From Hyphochytrium catenoides (lineage: Eukaryota; Protista; Hyphochytriomycota), in contig FLMG01000761.1 of NCBI GenBank assembly GCA_900088475.1, forward strand, positions 62,001 to 126,000: a stretch of 64,000 bases of DNA. The letters are read 5' to 3'. Position numbers and translations under genes: made by a program. Below, piece by piece: positions 38,764-50,511 of this stretch (the first letter of the stretch is position 1; each line of letters begins with the position of its first letter). The notes beneath the pieces are model-generated. The model did no database searches, was not told the DNA's origin, and saw only the letters and a list, made by a program, of their open reading frames with translations.

Positions 38764-41700
38764 TTAGGTGGCATGCGGCTTAGTCCAGTTGTGAGGCACT
38801 GGCCCTGCGTCCGTGATGATTTCACGCTGAGATGACCAGACCAGGCGGATAGCCTCAGGAGGACCCAAAGCTCCTGCACGAGGGTCACCACAGGGGCCGA
38901 ACCTAGAGAGAGAGAAAGGTTACAACGCTACGCCGCCGACTAGAGATATGACTGGACAAAGAAAGGCTAGTAGACTGGAAGGCCTAGAGTTATTATAGCG
39001 TTCTTGCGCCGTAGCTCAAGTTCACAGAGGTAGAGCACCACGTATACCAAGGAGGGAAAGGTCACGTGCAGCGGCAATACGAAGGGTGCCAACCAGAGAA
39101 GGTAGCAGAGGACGTACCAGTGGTTCTGCGGTGCGCCAGTGGTTCTTGCTCGCAGTCCTACATAGGTTGTACCATTGACTGTGGAACCGAGAACCTACAA
39201 TGCAGTGCGCACCAGCAATGAGATGAGTACGTAGGGAGAGGAAGAGCCATGGAGTCATGGCTCCTTTCTTTAGAGGCAGATCGGCAGATCCTTCTATCGT
39301 TTCTGGAGACTCTTGCTCGAGCATTAATGACTGCTAAAGTGTAAGGTCCCTCTTTCCCTTCCCTTTTGTGGACTTCGTGTTAGCGTAAGCGCTCTCTCTC
39401 TCTTCCCCCTTCCNNNNNNNNNNNNNNNNNNNNNNNNNNNNNNNTGCTGAAAGGCGACATCGTTAGAGACTATAGCTGCTGTGAGGTTGGCTGTCATCCT
39501 CTCCAAGCAGCTGAGCATTAGGTCCAGGTCAGTATCCTTCCACTCGGTCAAAACCTATTGAAGATCACAAGAGCCGTCAATATCACTTTCTACAAGCGCA
39601 CTTCAAGAGGCTTACAACGGTGTGCAAGAGGAAGTGTCTGGGTAAAGAAGGAGAATAACAAGGTAGAACAAGAGAGCAAGAGATTAGAGCCTGAATGCCG
39701 TACCGTCCTATGGCGTTAAACTCAGGATGAACAAGAAGAAGGCCAAATTGGAGACTTCGTGAGGGAGCCTCATAAGTAAGAGAAAGGGTGGGCATAAAGC
39801 GTAGGGAACGGAGAGAAGCAGATGTGACTGTCTTCCTACTTGTAGAGGGCCAAAGATTTCAGTGGTGCAGAGAGCAAAGTTTTCCTCCTTCGCTAACTCT
39901 TCCAGCGGTACGAAGACAGCTGTGGGCTCTATGGCTCCATATTGCTTAGGAATCTGGTGGTCGGCTAAGGTGAAGAAACAGTGGCTTAGACCGAAGAAAG
40001 GAACGGTGATGAGTGAGGGGAGATAGGTCGGACACAGACACACCGGATTTTGAACGCGGTAGAAGAGACAGAGTAGGTACAATAGACGGCGAAAGACCAG
40101 CCCTAGCTTTTTGCATTAAAAAATCGAAGGAGCAAGAACGTCTTACCAAGCTCTTTGCCTCCAAAGGCCAATCTTGCACCTGGAATCTTGAGCAGTGCGT
40201 CGACATGATCCTGGCGGAGATCGAGAAGAGTTGATGGGTGACATGGTCATCAAATCAAACGGATAAGTGAAACAGAGCAGAACTTTGAAGAACGAGGGGC
40301 ACAGAGGGCGCTATCCTAAGCAGTACCAGCATGCGCTTGGTAGTGACTGTAAGAACTGGGCCAATTGTAAGATCACTCAGGTGCCGCCGCTTGGCCAGTT
40401 GTTTGATGCGAGCCTCGAAGTCAGCCTTTACCCTATCAACAACCGATAAAATTGGTAAGCAGAGCAACAAATAGATACCAAGAGTAATCTATAGGGGAAA
40501 GGAAAAAGAAAGTGTGACGGACGAGAGGAGACAGGACTTCCAGCCAAGACATAGGAACTGCGCTTTACCAGTTCTTGTGCATGAAAACAATGGACTGAGC
40601 GGAGCACTTTTGACCCGAGCAAGCGTAGGCATCTTGGTCGCTAACGTAGGCCACATATTCTGGTTCATGCACGTCAGGCCCCAGAATCTGCATGTCGAAT
40701 GTGGATTCAAAAGAGAGACCGGCGGTGAGTGGAGCGCGTAGCCAGGTTCAAGAAGATGAAAAAGGTCAACGAGCGGCAATGAGACGATGAGAGAGAGAGT
40801 GAACAGTAATTAGACAGAAGTAGCGTGCGAAGAAACGAAGAAGAATTTGTGGATTCGACTCCTTGCGTTCCTCCTTTCTAAGATCCACGCACCTTCCAGT
40901 CAAAGCCCGCGTCCTCCACTTTGATCCTTCCATGAAGATCTTTGGCTAACTTCTCAGCCACATGGGCGGACCTGCCGGAATCAGCCATAAGATATCGCGG
41001 GATGAAAGGACGAAGGGATAAGTCCAAGCTCTCTCACTGATAAGATCTGAAAAGCGATTACCCTGTGAACAGCGTATTCCTGGGGTGTCCGGCGAGCAGA
41101 AGCTTGTTCATCACAGGACCGTTGCTGTTGATGAAGTTTACGTCCGAGGCAGGTAGCCCACAGTGGATCAACATGCGTAAGCACTGCTCCATCACGATAC
41201 TGACCTTGGAGTCCACCTGCCGTTTTGAGCGAGAGAGAGAGAGAGGCAACAGAACGGGGGATTCAACCGAGAGAGAGGGGACAACAAAGTAAGGAGATTG
41301 GGGGCGAAAGTGACAGCGCATGGAGGAAGAGTGTGAGAGGCCAATGGCGGGAAGGATAGGCATTCACAAGGCTGGCCCCTGGGTTACTCTTGCCCTGTCC
41401 CCTTTTTCCTTTATGCCGCAAGATTATCTCTTCGCTGCTATTCTGTGTAAGACTAAGTCCCACCCAACAGGTCTCTGTTCGCTGAATATTCGTCTATTTC
41501 TCCCTCTTCCATTGGCTGTATACCTTTAGGGTTACGTGGTTGCCCATATAGAGTGCCGCCATCGCCTGCAGGATCGGGATTTCGAGAGGGAAGTTGAACG
41601 GCGTGACCACTGCCACGGCTCCATAGGGCCAGCGGTAGGATGTAGAGTACTGGCCGTGATGATCCCCAGGCTTGCTCTTCGCCTCAGCTAGGAAGCGAAC

Positions 41701-43182
41701 CTGGGAGGAGGATAGATGGATAAGAATTGTTTAGGGGCAGCAAGAGAGAAAATATTGAGGTTAATGTGAGCCGGAGCCAGCGAGAGCGAGCTGAGGATAG
41801 AGAGAGGAGAAGAGAGGCACATATAGTATATAGTATGGTGCCAAACAAGTGAGAAGCAAATGCCTGGCAAGCTTTTGAAGCGTTTTGACCGAGGGCCTGG
41901 ACCAGGATAGCAAGAGGAGAGAGTGTATGGCCAAAGAGACTCATCAAGCTAGCCAACTCAATGACTCTCCTCTACCTGATCTCCTGAGTAGTTTTGCAAG
42001 AATGTCCGCGATATCTTGACCTCTCCCATCGCCTGAGCGTAGCTCTTGGGGGAAGTTCTCATGATAAGCTTTGCAAAGAAATGCGCCACTTCAGGCTTTC
42101 CGAGCTCCTCCGCAGCCTTGAAAGAGACCTGGCCCAGCATCAGGTACCTGAACGGAGAGAAGAGTGAGAAACAAGAAGAAGAGACAGACCAAGGGAGTAA
42201 GAGGAGTAGAAGGACAAACAGAAGACAAGAACATGGAGATTAGTAGTCCACAAGCATTAGAAGGAGAGCTGAGAAGGGTATTCACCGAAACCAAGATGAA
42301 TAGACAGAAGATGTGATGTGAGCTATGATAGCTGCACAATAACAGAGAGGGCCCTACCGAGAGAGAGAGAGAGAGAGAGAGAGATAAAGGGGAAGATGGG
42401 GGGCCGGGGCCAAAAGAAGAGAGAGGAGAAGCGAAGAGAGGCAGGAACGAGAGACGAGGGGACTGGATAGAGAGAAAGAGAGAGGAGGAGACAGGATAGA
42501 GAAAAAGAGAGAGAGAAAGCAGAGAGAGAAAGAGAGTGAGAAAGAGATAGAAAAAGAGAGAAAGCGAGAAGCGAGGGAGAAAGAGAGAGAAACCAGAAGA
42601 ATAGAGAAGACGAAAAGGGGATAGAAACAAGAGGTTGTTCCTCACCTCTCCACATTCTTCAACGGATTGTGCAGTCCACTCTTAGGAATACTCTTCATGG
42701 TCTCGATGAAAGGTCCAAGCTCTTCCTTACTCGTGAGCGGGACCTTCATGAAAGACTCGCCGTTCATCGGATCCACGATGTCCTCCATCGCCTTCGTCGT
42801 AGCCCATTTGCCATTCACTAGGAGAGAACATAGCAGGAAGGGCAGATGTAGACAGACACAGACAGAAAGAGCCAAAGAGAGAGATGAGACGCCAGTCAAA
42901 CGGGAATGAGAAAGTATATCAAAGGCAAGTGCCCTCGGCGGAAGAAGCACAAGGTCGTCTCCGGCGCCTTCATAGCAAACACATAGCGATGGCAGAGAGC
43001 AGATGGTGACGTGTACCTAGATTGTGCACGGTGGCTGGGTGGCGGTGGCTGATGCCTTCAGGATCTACCGTCGACCATTTGGGAAGCATGGTAGAGATGG
43101 CGCGACAGAGAGCCGGACGAGTCCCACATCGGCCTATGACTTGCCTCTTTCCGAGGAGGACGGTCCTGCTAGAGAGAATCAT
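38764..43182 (-). CDS. ALDH12A1: Mitochondrial delta-1-pyrroline-5-carboxylate dehydrogenase, plant/protist type ALDH12
   Basis: Presequence MILSSRTVLL..RAIS, PKSGLHNPLKNVER, PKSYAQAMGEV, YRWPYG, NTLFTG, DQDAYACSGQKCSAQS (catalytic Cys), TTEIFGPLQV, GDPRAGALGPPEAIRLVWS..HAT*. Confidence 0.95.
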
Positions 43183-44704
43183 CTCTCCCTCTATTCTCCG
43201 TTGATTCGCGGGCTAGAAGAGACGCAATGAGCTTCAAGTTGCAGATCTGATTGAGCTTTCGGCAGTCCACCAGCAGCAGCTCCTCTTTTGCATTGTGGGC
43301 TGCTGGACTGTGGGATGTGATGAGGTTGCTCTATTGCCATCAAAAGCAAAAAGATTCTCATCTCAGTCTTCTCTCTCTCTCTCNNNNNNNNNNNNNNNNN
43401 NNNNNNNNNNNNNNNNNNNNNNNNNNNNNNNNNNNNNNNNNNNNNNNNNTCTCTCTCTCTGTCTCTTTCTTCTCTCTATCTTTCTTTCTCTCTCTCTCTC
43501 TTTGTTTCTCCCTCTCTCTCTCTTTCTCTTCCTCTCTTTCTCTCTTCCTTGCTCTCTCTCTCTCTTTCTTCCTCTGTCTCACTCTGTTCCCATGTTGTCT
43601 TCCGCTGGTCTCCTCTCTTTGTCTCTCTGTCTCTGACTCTTTGCTTTGTCTCTCTGTGTCTCTCTCTCTGTCCTCCACTGTCTGTGTCTCTCCCCGTCTG
43701 CTTTTGCTCTGTCTCTTCCTCGCGTTGCCTCCTACTTCTCCCTCTCCATCTCTCCTCTGACTCTCAGTTGCGAGTCCGAATATCAGCTTTTCCCTATATT
43801 CTGGTTGACTCCGTGTCTCTCTACTCGCTCTGTCTCTCGCCGTTGTGTCCCCACTGTACTACAACTGCGAACATCAAGATGGACCGCCCACCCACCCTTA
43901 AGCAGGCTATGACCTATGGAAAATTTACCAATGGTCCTCCTGGACCACCCATTCTCACTTCAAGCTCATCATTGAGAATGAATGATGCGAAATACCGTTA
44001 CAAGCATGGCTATATTCAGGATAAGCAGTTATTTGGCTTCTACGTTGAAACAGTACTCTTATATTTTTACAGCCCCTCACTTACAAGGAAGGGAAGAAGA
44101 AAAAGGAAGAGGAGAAGAAGAAGATGAAGGAAAAGAAAAAGGAGGAGGAAGAGAAGAAGAAGAGAAGAAGAGACAGGGAAAGCTATAAAGCCTTGATCTC
44201 GTCCTCAGCTCGATCTGCTCAACGCTCATCATCAGTAAAGGAAGAATCATACTTGACTTCCGCAGTAGGTGGAGGAGGTGAAACACCAACAACATTGTCA
44301 TCACCATCGAGCTCGAGCGCGAGGCAAGCATTTTCAGGTTCCAGATGCTGAAGAGGAATACGCTTCAGAATCTTGAAGCGTACGTTCTTCATGAATAGCC
44401 AGAGAGACCGTGGTGTGAAGGCGTACAGCCATGGCCAAGCGGGACCGACCATTGACCAACATGCGAGAAGCATCAAGAGCAGAGCAGCCACACTGAAGCT
44501 TCGCCAGATATCCCAACCACAAAAACAACGACGCCCGGCATAGCTCCCCCAACACTCCCAAACTAGCGGGACAAGTTGCAGCCCTACAGCCTAATAAGGA
44601 ACCTCATACAGTCTATTACCTCTACCTCAAATCGTGGATGACAGACCAGAAAGCAGGTCCTACGCTGATGTTCATACAGCTTGGATGACAACATGACAAC
44701 TCTG

Positions 44705-44997
44705 TCCCTTATTTATTCTAAAGAAAAGTATGTTCTATGCAGACGGGACGCGGACTTCACTGTGAGCTGCAAAAGGGCCACGTTTGTTTGATAATGGGAG
44801 GGGGGACACAGCTTTGGCTTCAGAATAGACTAAAGCTACAGAGATTATATCCCTTATTTATTCTATAGAAAAGTATGTTCTATGCAGACGGGACGCGGAC
44901 TTCACTGTGAGCTGCAAAAGGGCCACGTTTGTTGATAATGGGAGATGGGGGACACAGCGTTGGCTTCAGAATAGACTACTAAAGCTACAGAGATTAT
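44705..44997. repeat. Imperfect direct tandem duplication, about 145-bp unit x2 (44705-44848, 44850-44997)
   Basis: Both copies run TCCCTTATTTATTCTA..GCAGACGGGACGCGGACTTCACTGTGAGCTGCAAAAGGGCCACG..AAAGCTACAGAGATTAT and differ by a few substitutions and indels. Confidence 0.95.
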
Positions 44998-45122
44998 GGA
45001 CAAAGACCAAGTGAGGTCAAGAGTCAAGAGGGCATAGAATTGTTCTACCGTCCAGAAAAAGGAAATACAGAGGCCTTGAAGAAGATGTTCAAGAAGTTCG
45101 GAGGATCATTTATAAGTCTCCG

Positions 45123-45307
45123 CCAATGTAAAGATTGACGGTACCGGTAGAAATGATCTGAGCGTAGTTTCAGCCGAACCTTAATCTTATCCGTATGATG
45201 ATTGGTTAAAGTGGACCAATCGCCTCCTAATAGTCTTATACCACATACGTAAGATAGCCAATGACAATGGGGCGCTCTCCGAGACTTGCGAAACCTAAGC
45301 TTATAAA
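45123..45307 (+). promoter_or_regulatory. Candidate promoter: four CCAAT/ATTGG boxes plus TATAAA upstream of the New1-like gene
   Basis: CCAAT at 45123, 45216 and 45258, ATTGG at 45201, TATAAA at 45302. A CT-rich putative 5'UTR/intron follows. Confidence 0.3.
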
Positions 45308-45499
45308 GCTGTAAACTTTCTGGCCGCTACTGGATGAGATTCATCTACCTAAATTTCTAAATCATGGCAGTATTCTACATGTACTGCTCTCCAGACGGGA
45401 ATTCTCCTAGAAAGTATCTCTTTTATCCTTGATACCTATCTGAAAGACAACTTAGTCTCTAGGGACAGGGAATCAGGCGCAACGGCCATTGGATGTGGA

Positions 45500-45639
45500 T
45501 GGAGATTCTGTCCTCTCTCTCACCCTCGCTCTGTCTCTCTCTCTTTTTCTCTTCGGAAAGGCTTTCCCTCCTCTATCCCTTTCTCTGTCTCTCAAAGCTT
45601 GTCTTGGGAGTACAACCTTGTCTCTCTCTTCTCTCCCCC

Positions 45640-45681
<42 letters not shown>

Positions 45682-45803
45682 CCTCTCTTTCTCCCTCTTC
45701 TCTCCCTCTCTCACTCCTTTTCTCTCTCTCTCTCTCACTTATTTCTCTATCTTTCTCTCACTTACTTTCTCTCTCTTTCTCCCACTTACTTTCTCTCTGT
45801 CTC

Positions 45804-45845
<42 letters not shown>

Positions 45846-46010
45846 GCAACATTGCTTTCGCACCCTTGCAGACACCCCACATCTGTCTCTCTCTCCATGG
45901 CCCTTCGGTGCCAACCATCGCAACTGTGCTCCCTCTTCTTTCCTGCCTCCTGTCTCTTCGGTGCTCCTTCAATTCTTCGCGTGCTCTCTCTCTCTTTCTT
46001 TCTCTCTCTT
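45500..46010 (+). repeat. Long (CT)n-rich microsatellite tract, representative of many (also about 33050-33240, 42360-42620, 43370-43760, 53445-53960, 54420-54700, 55425-55530, 63180-63330)
   Basis: Directly visible CT/GA dinucleotide runs that generate spurious SL/RE-rich ORFs. Confidence 0.95.
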
Positions 46011-46259
46011 CAGGTCGCCGCGGGGCCGCGTCACATTCTCATTGGCGCAGGCATCTTCAGCACTGACACATTCCGGATCTCCGTCTTCAGGAAGAGAGAT
46101 CAAAGAAGTAAAGACGCCCCAAGACGAAGAAGAAGGAGAAGACGTCCATTCAGAGCTCCGTTGTCTGCTACATAACTCTCTTCTCTCTCTTTCCCGTTCT
46201 CTGTCTTTCTCACCCCAGCGACGTCGTTGAGTTCTCCGAAGCCTTGGTTTAAGAGGAAA

Positions 46260-49200
46260 ATGCCTCCGGACGGGAGCACCAATGACAGCGTTAGCACGCA
46301 GACGGTAGACGAGCTGCTTGCCAAAGTGTTCAAAGCGGAGAGCTCCCAAGAATGTCTTGATACGGCCACAGCGCTGGCAGAAGAGGTCAAAGCTGTGGGC
46401 ATCCCCACGCTTCTTAAGCCAGACGCACAGCCTGTGATCCCTGCCATACAAAGAGCGCTTACGGACAAAAAGTCTGGCATAGCTAGAGAGAGCGGGCTAC
46501 TCATTATCGTCGCTCTGGCGCGGGTATGCGGCCGCGCTGCGTCTCCATTCCTCTTTCCGCTCTTCCTGGAAACAAGTTTAGAGCTGCATGCAGATAAGGG
46601 GAATCCAGTCAGAGTGGCGGCTGGGATGGCAGCAGAGGCGCTTCTAGAGTTGCCTCATCCTCTCTCCTACCGGCGTTTCGTTCTTCCCTTTCTCTTCAAA
46701 GTACTTGAGGATGCATCTCGCCGCTGGCAGTGCCGCGTGGCCGTCCTAGAGAGCCTTGAGCAGTGTGCAAAGCTCGCTCCAGAAGAGGTAGCAGAGTGTC
46801 TTCCTGTCATTATCCCTAAGATTAGCGACTGCATGCACACGACTAGGAAGGAGGTGAATGACGCCGCGATGCGCTGTATGACGGCTGTTGTCGGTGTTGT
46901 CGGGAACGATGATCTTCAGCCATATTTGCCCTCGATAGTGAAGTGTATGGAGCAGCCTTCAGGCATCCCAACGATGATCGAGAAGTTATCAGCCACCACG
47001 GTAAGCAGCATACGCAGCTCTCTTCCTCTCTCCTTCGAACCCTCGCCAGCCTACATTGTCTCCTTTTGGACTATGGACTGCCATGGCTATGAGTCATTTT
47101 TTCACCCTGTCTGTCTCCTTTATCACCATCCAGCTTCTGACATCCACTCCTGGGTAGGAACTCCCTTCTCTTACCTATCGAACTGTGACATAACTGCGTG
47201 GGGCTACCTCTCAACGTCATCACCCTCTGCTCCTTCATTCTGTTCCAAAGTTATACTGATGATTCTTTCCGCTGCATCTGCTTCTTACCCGCTGTAGTTC
47301 GTTGCTGAGGTGACTGGGCCTGCTCTGGCTCTGTTGGTTCCTCTGCTAGCGCGCGCTCTATCAGATCGCTCGCAGCTGACCCTAAGAAGGACATCAATTA
47401 TCCTGAACAACCTATGCAAGCTTGTGAGAAACCCAGCCGTCGCTGGACAGTTTCTTCCGCAGCTTCTCTCGAAACTCACCGCGATCTGTGACTCTGCCAC
47501 TTTTCCAGAGGTTAGAGATCTCGCGATGGAGGCGAGAAAGACATTGATCAGCGTTGGAGGAGAAGGAGTAGAATCTAAAGGGACCGGAGAGAAGCAGCAT
47601 GAGATCCCTCTTTCTCTTCTCACTGAGGAAGAATGGAACAAGAAAGACCAAGAAATGATGAAGGTGCTAATGAAACATTTGGAAGGCAAAGAGATGTCCA
47701 CTCCTCTGCATCAAACTTTGGAGCAGGTGAAGCTAGTCTGCGTGGAGATGGACGGGAAGAGAAGTTATGAGAAAAGCTACTGGTCGTCCGCACTCCATGA
47801 GTATCTCTGGCCCTTTCTCTCCAAAGAGGAGCTTCAACAGCTATCCACCAAGCTTTCATCGCACTTTCTGACAGCCTACAGGGCCAGCATGCGAGGAGGA
47901 AGAGGATCTGAGGCTAATGAGGAGGAAGAGGGAGAAGAACTCTGTGATTGCTTCTTTTCTCTTGGCTATGGAGGAAGAATCCTCCTTAGTCATACCAACC
48001 TTAGGCTGCGAAGAGGTAGGACATATGGCCTTCTAGGAGCAAATGGAGCTGGAAAGACTACTCTGATGCGGGCCATTGCAGAGGGAAGAGTCGAAGGCTT
48101 TCCTCCTCCTACAGAGCTAAAGACCGTCTTTGTGGAGCATCGGTTACAAGGAGAGGAAGCTTCTCTCTCTCTTATTGACTTCCTCGCTGCAGACGAGAGT
48201 CTCAAGGGCGTCTCAAAGACAGAGATTCGCGACACTCTTATTTCTTCTGGCTTCACGGACGACTTAATAGGTAGAGAGGTTGGCTCTCTATCTGGAGGAT
48301 GGAAGATGAAGCTTGAACTGTCTCGCGCCATGCTTCTTAATGCCGATATTCTTCTGTTGGATGAGCCAACGAATCACTTGGACGTGAACTCTGTCCAGTC
48401 CTTGATTGACTGGATCAAGTCACAAGAGACAAGGACCTGTCTCATTGTCTCTCACGACTCTGTCTTCCTAGATGCGGTCTGCACGGATATAATCCATTAT
48501 GAAGAGAAGAAACTGGTGAATTACAGGGGCAATCTCACAGACTTTGCGAAAAAGAGGCCGGAGGCAAAGAGTTATTTCACTCTCTCCAATGAGCAAGTGA
48601 GGTTTGTCTTCCCTCCGCCAGGCTTTCTGACCGGTGTAAAGAGCAACACGAGAGCCATACTGAAGATGAAGAATGTGACCTTCACCTATCCTGGAAGAGA
48701 GAAGCCTTCTCTCATCAACGCCTCGGCAGTTCTCTCTCTGTCCAGTCGTGTTGGTATCATTGGAAAGAACGGCGCAGGTAAGCAGGGTCATGATTTTGTC
48801 AGAGGAGAAGATAAGAGAGAGAGAGAGAGAGAGAGAGACAAGAGAAGGAACAGAATGTGGGTTCTATCTACTTATCGGAATCTATGGGAAGATACAGAGA
48901 CCGTGGATGGGGCTCATTTAGTCACCATGTACACTGACGCTTCCTGCTCTCTTTCTTTCCCCAACCCTTATATGATAGGCAAATCTACGATGATCAAGGT
49001 GCTTACGGGAGAAGTGACTCCTCAGACGGGGACGGTGTGGAAGCATCCGAACCTTCGCATTGGCTATGTTGCCCAGCACGCTTTCCACCACATCGACCAA
49101 CACTTGGAAGAGACCCCGGCCAGCTATCTACGATGGAGATACGCCCTTGGCTATGACAAGGAGGTCTTAGAAAAGGAGACGAGAGTGTTGACAGCTGAAG

Positions 49201-50140
49201 AGAGAGAGCAGATGGACAAGCCTATCATCATTGACCACCAAAAGAGACAAGTTGAGTCTCTGCTAGGAAGGCAGAAGCTAAAGAAGAGCTACAGGTATGA
49301 GGTCAAGTGGAGAGGCCTTTCCCATAAGTTCAACACTTGGATGAAGAGAGAAGAACTTCAAGAGCTGGGCTTCTCCAAGCTTATACAGCGCTTCGATGAC
49401 AATGAGAGCTCAAGAGAGGGGCTAGGGTACAGAGAGCTGACCATTGAGACCATACGAAAGCACTTCGAGGACGTGGGGCTAGAGGGAGAGATAGCCATGA
49501 ACAACAAGCTCTACTCTCTCTCAGGAGGACAGAAGGTAAAGGTCGTGATAGCGGCCGCAATGTGGAACAACCCGCACATGCTGGTTCTGGATGAGCCAAN
49601 NNNNNNNNNNNNNNNNNNNNNNNNNNNNNNNNNNNNNNNNNNNNNNNNNNNNNNNNNNNNNNNNNNNNNNNNATGGGAAAGCGTACTTTGTCCCTCAGCC
49701 CTGCCGCTCTCCGTCATTTCTCTTGAGATTCTCTGGCTTCCCTTTTCTTTGGTGGCTGCTTATATTCCTGGATGTAGCAATTCTTTTATAAATGCAAGGA
49801 GCTCTTTGAATATCTCGGTATGCGGTATGCTAACTCGAGCTCACTATTGTCGTCAGGTGTCTGTGCCACTGCTGATGCAAACTTTGCTGACGACGGAGAG
49901 AGCAAGGCAGACGCTGCTGCGGGAGGAGGAGAGAACGGGGAAGCTGCCTCTTCGAAGGGGCCAACGGCGGACGAGCTGATTGAAGCAAAGGCTAAGGAGA
50001 AAAAGAAGAAGAAGAAGAAACTCTCTAGAAATGAACTGAAGGCCCAGGCCGTAAGGAGACAGCAGCGCACTTTGCGTTGGATTATTGCGGGCGGGAACAC
50101 CGCGGGAGCCAAGAGAGAGTCGGACACTGAAAGCGACTAA
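46260..50140 (+). CDS. NEW1: eEF3-family ABC-F ATPase of the New1/Elf1 type (HEAT - ABC1 - ABC2 with chromodomain insertion - basic tail)
   Basis: HEAT region ..ATT|FVAEVTGPALALLVPLL. ABC1 GANGAGKTT, LSGGWKMK, LLDEPTNHLD. ABC2 GKNGAG|KST with chromodomain YEVKWRGL, LSGGQKVK, VLDEP. Tail KKKKLSRNELKAQAVRRQQRTLRW. Exons 46260-47000, 47298-48777, 48979-gap, about 49857-50140. An N gap at 49600-49672 hides part of ABC2. Confidence 0.9.
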
Positions 50141-50511
50141 TCTTCTAAGGCAGTCAGTCCTTGGCATGTTATAGAGTATGATAAGGGCGATGTGGGGCAT
50201 GGGTAACAAGGAGAAGAGCTGAGTAGCGAACCATTAGAAGTGCGAGATCAGGAGAACCGGCTTCCCCAAGAAGCGTTGAAAAGATATTGAAAGATTTAAC
50301 ATTAATTTAAAGGATAAAACAGAGTAAACAGCTAGAGCAATATGTTGAATGAGAGTGGCAGAAGCGAGAGAAGGGATAGAAGGTCAGATGAACAGCTTCC
50401 AGGACACTTTCTCCTTGTTGTCCTCTCTCTTTTCTCCGATGTAAAACTTCTCTTTCTCTCTCTTCTCCCTCTCTCTTTTCCTCTTCCTCTCGCTTCTCAA
50501 TCAGTGACGAA

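Noticed and set aside
45489-46230. Long ORFs rich in SL/LS or RE repeats (also 42091-42655, 43251-43760, 53283-54113, 55318-56049, 62854-63438)
   Set aside because: They are translations of (CT)n/(GA)n microsatellites, which lack stop codons. They are not proteins, apart from short embedded true exons.
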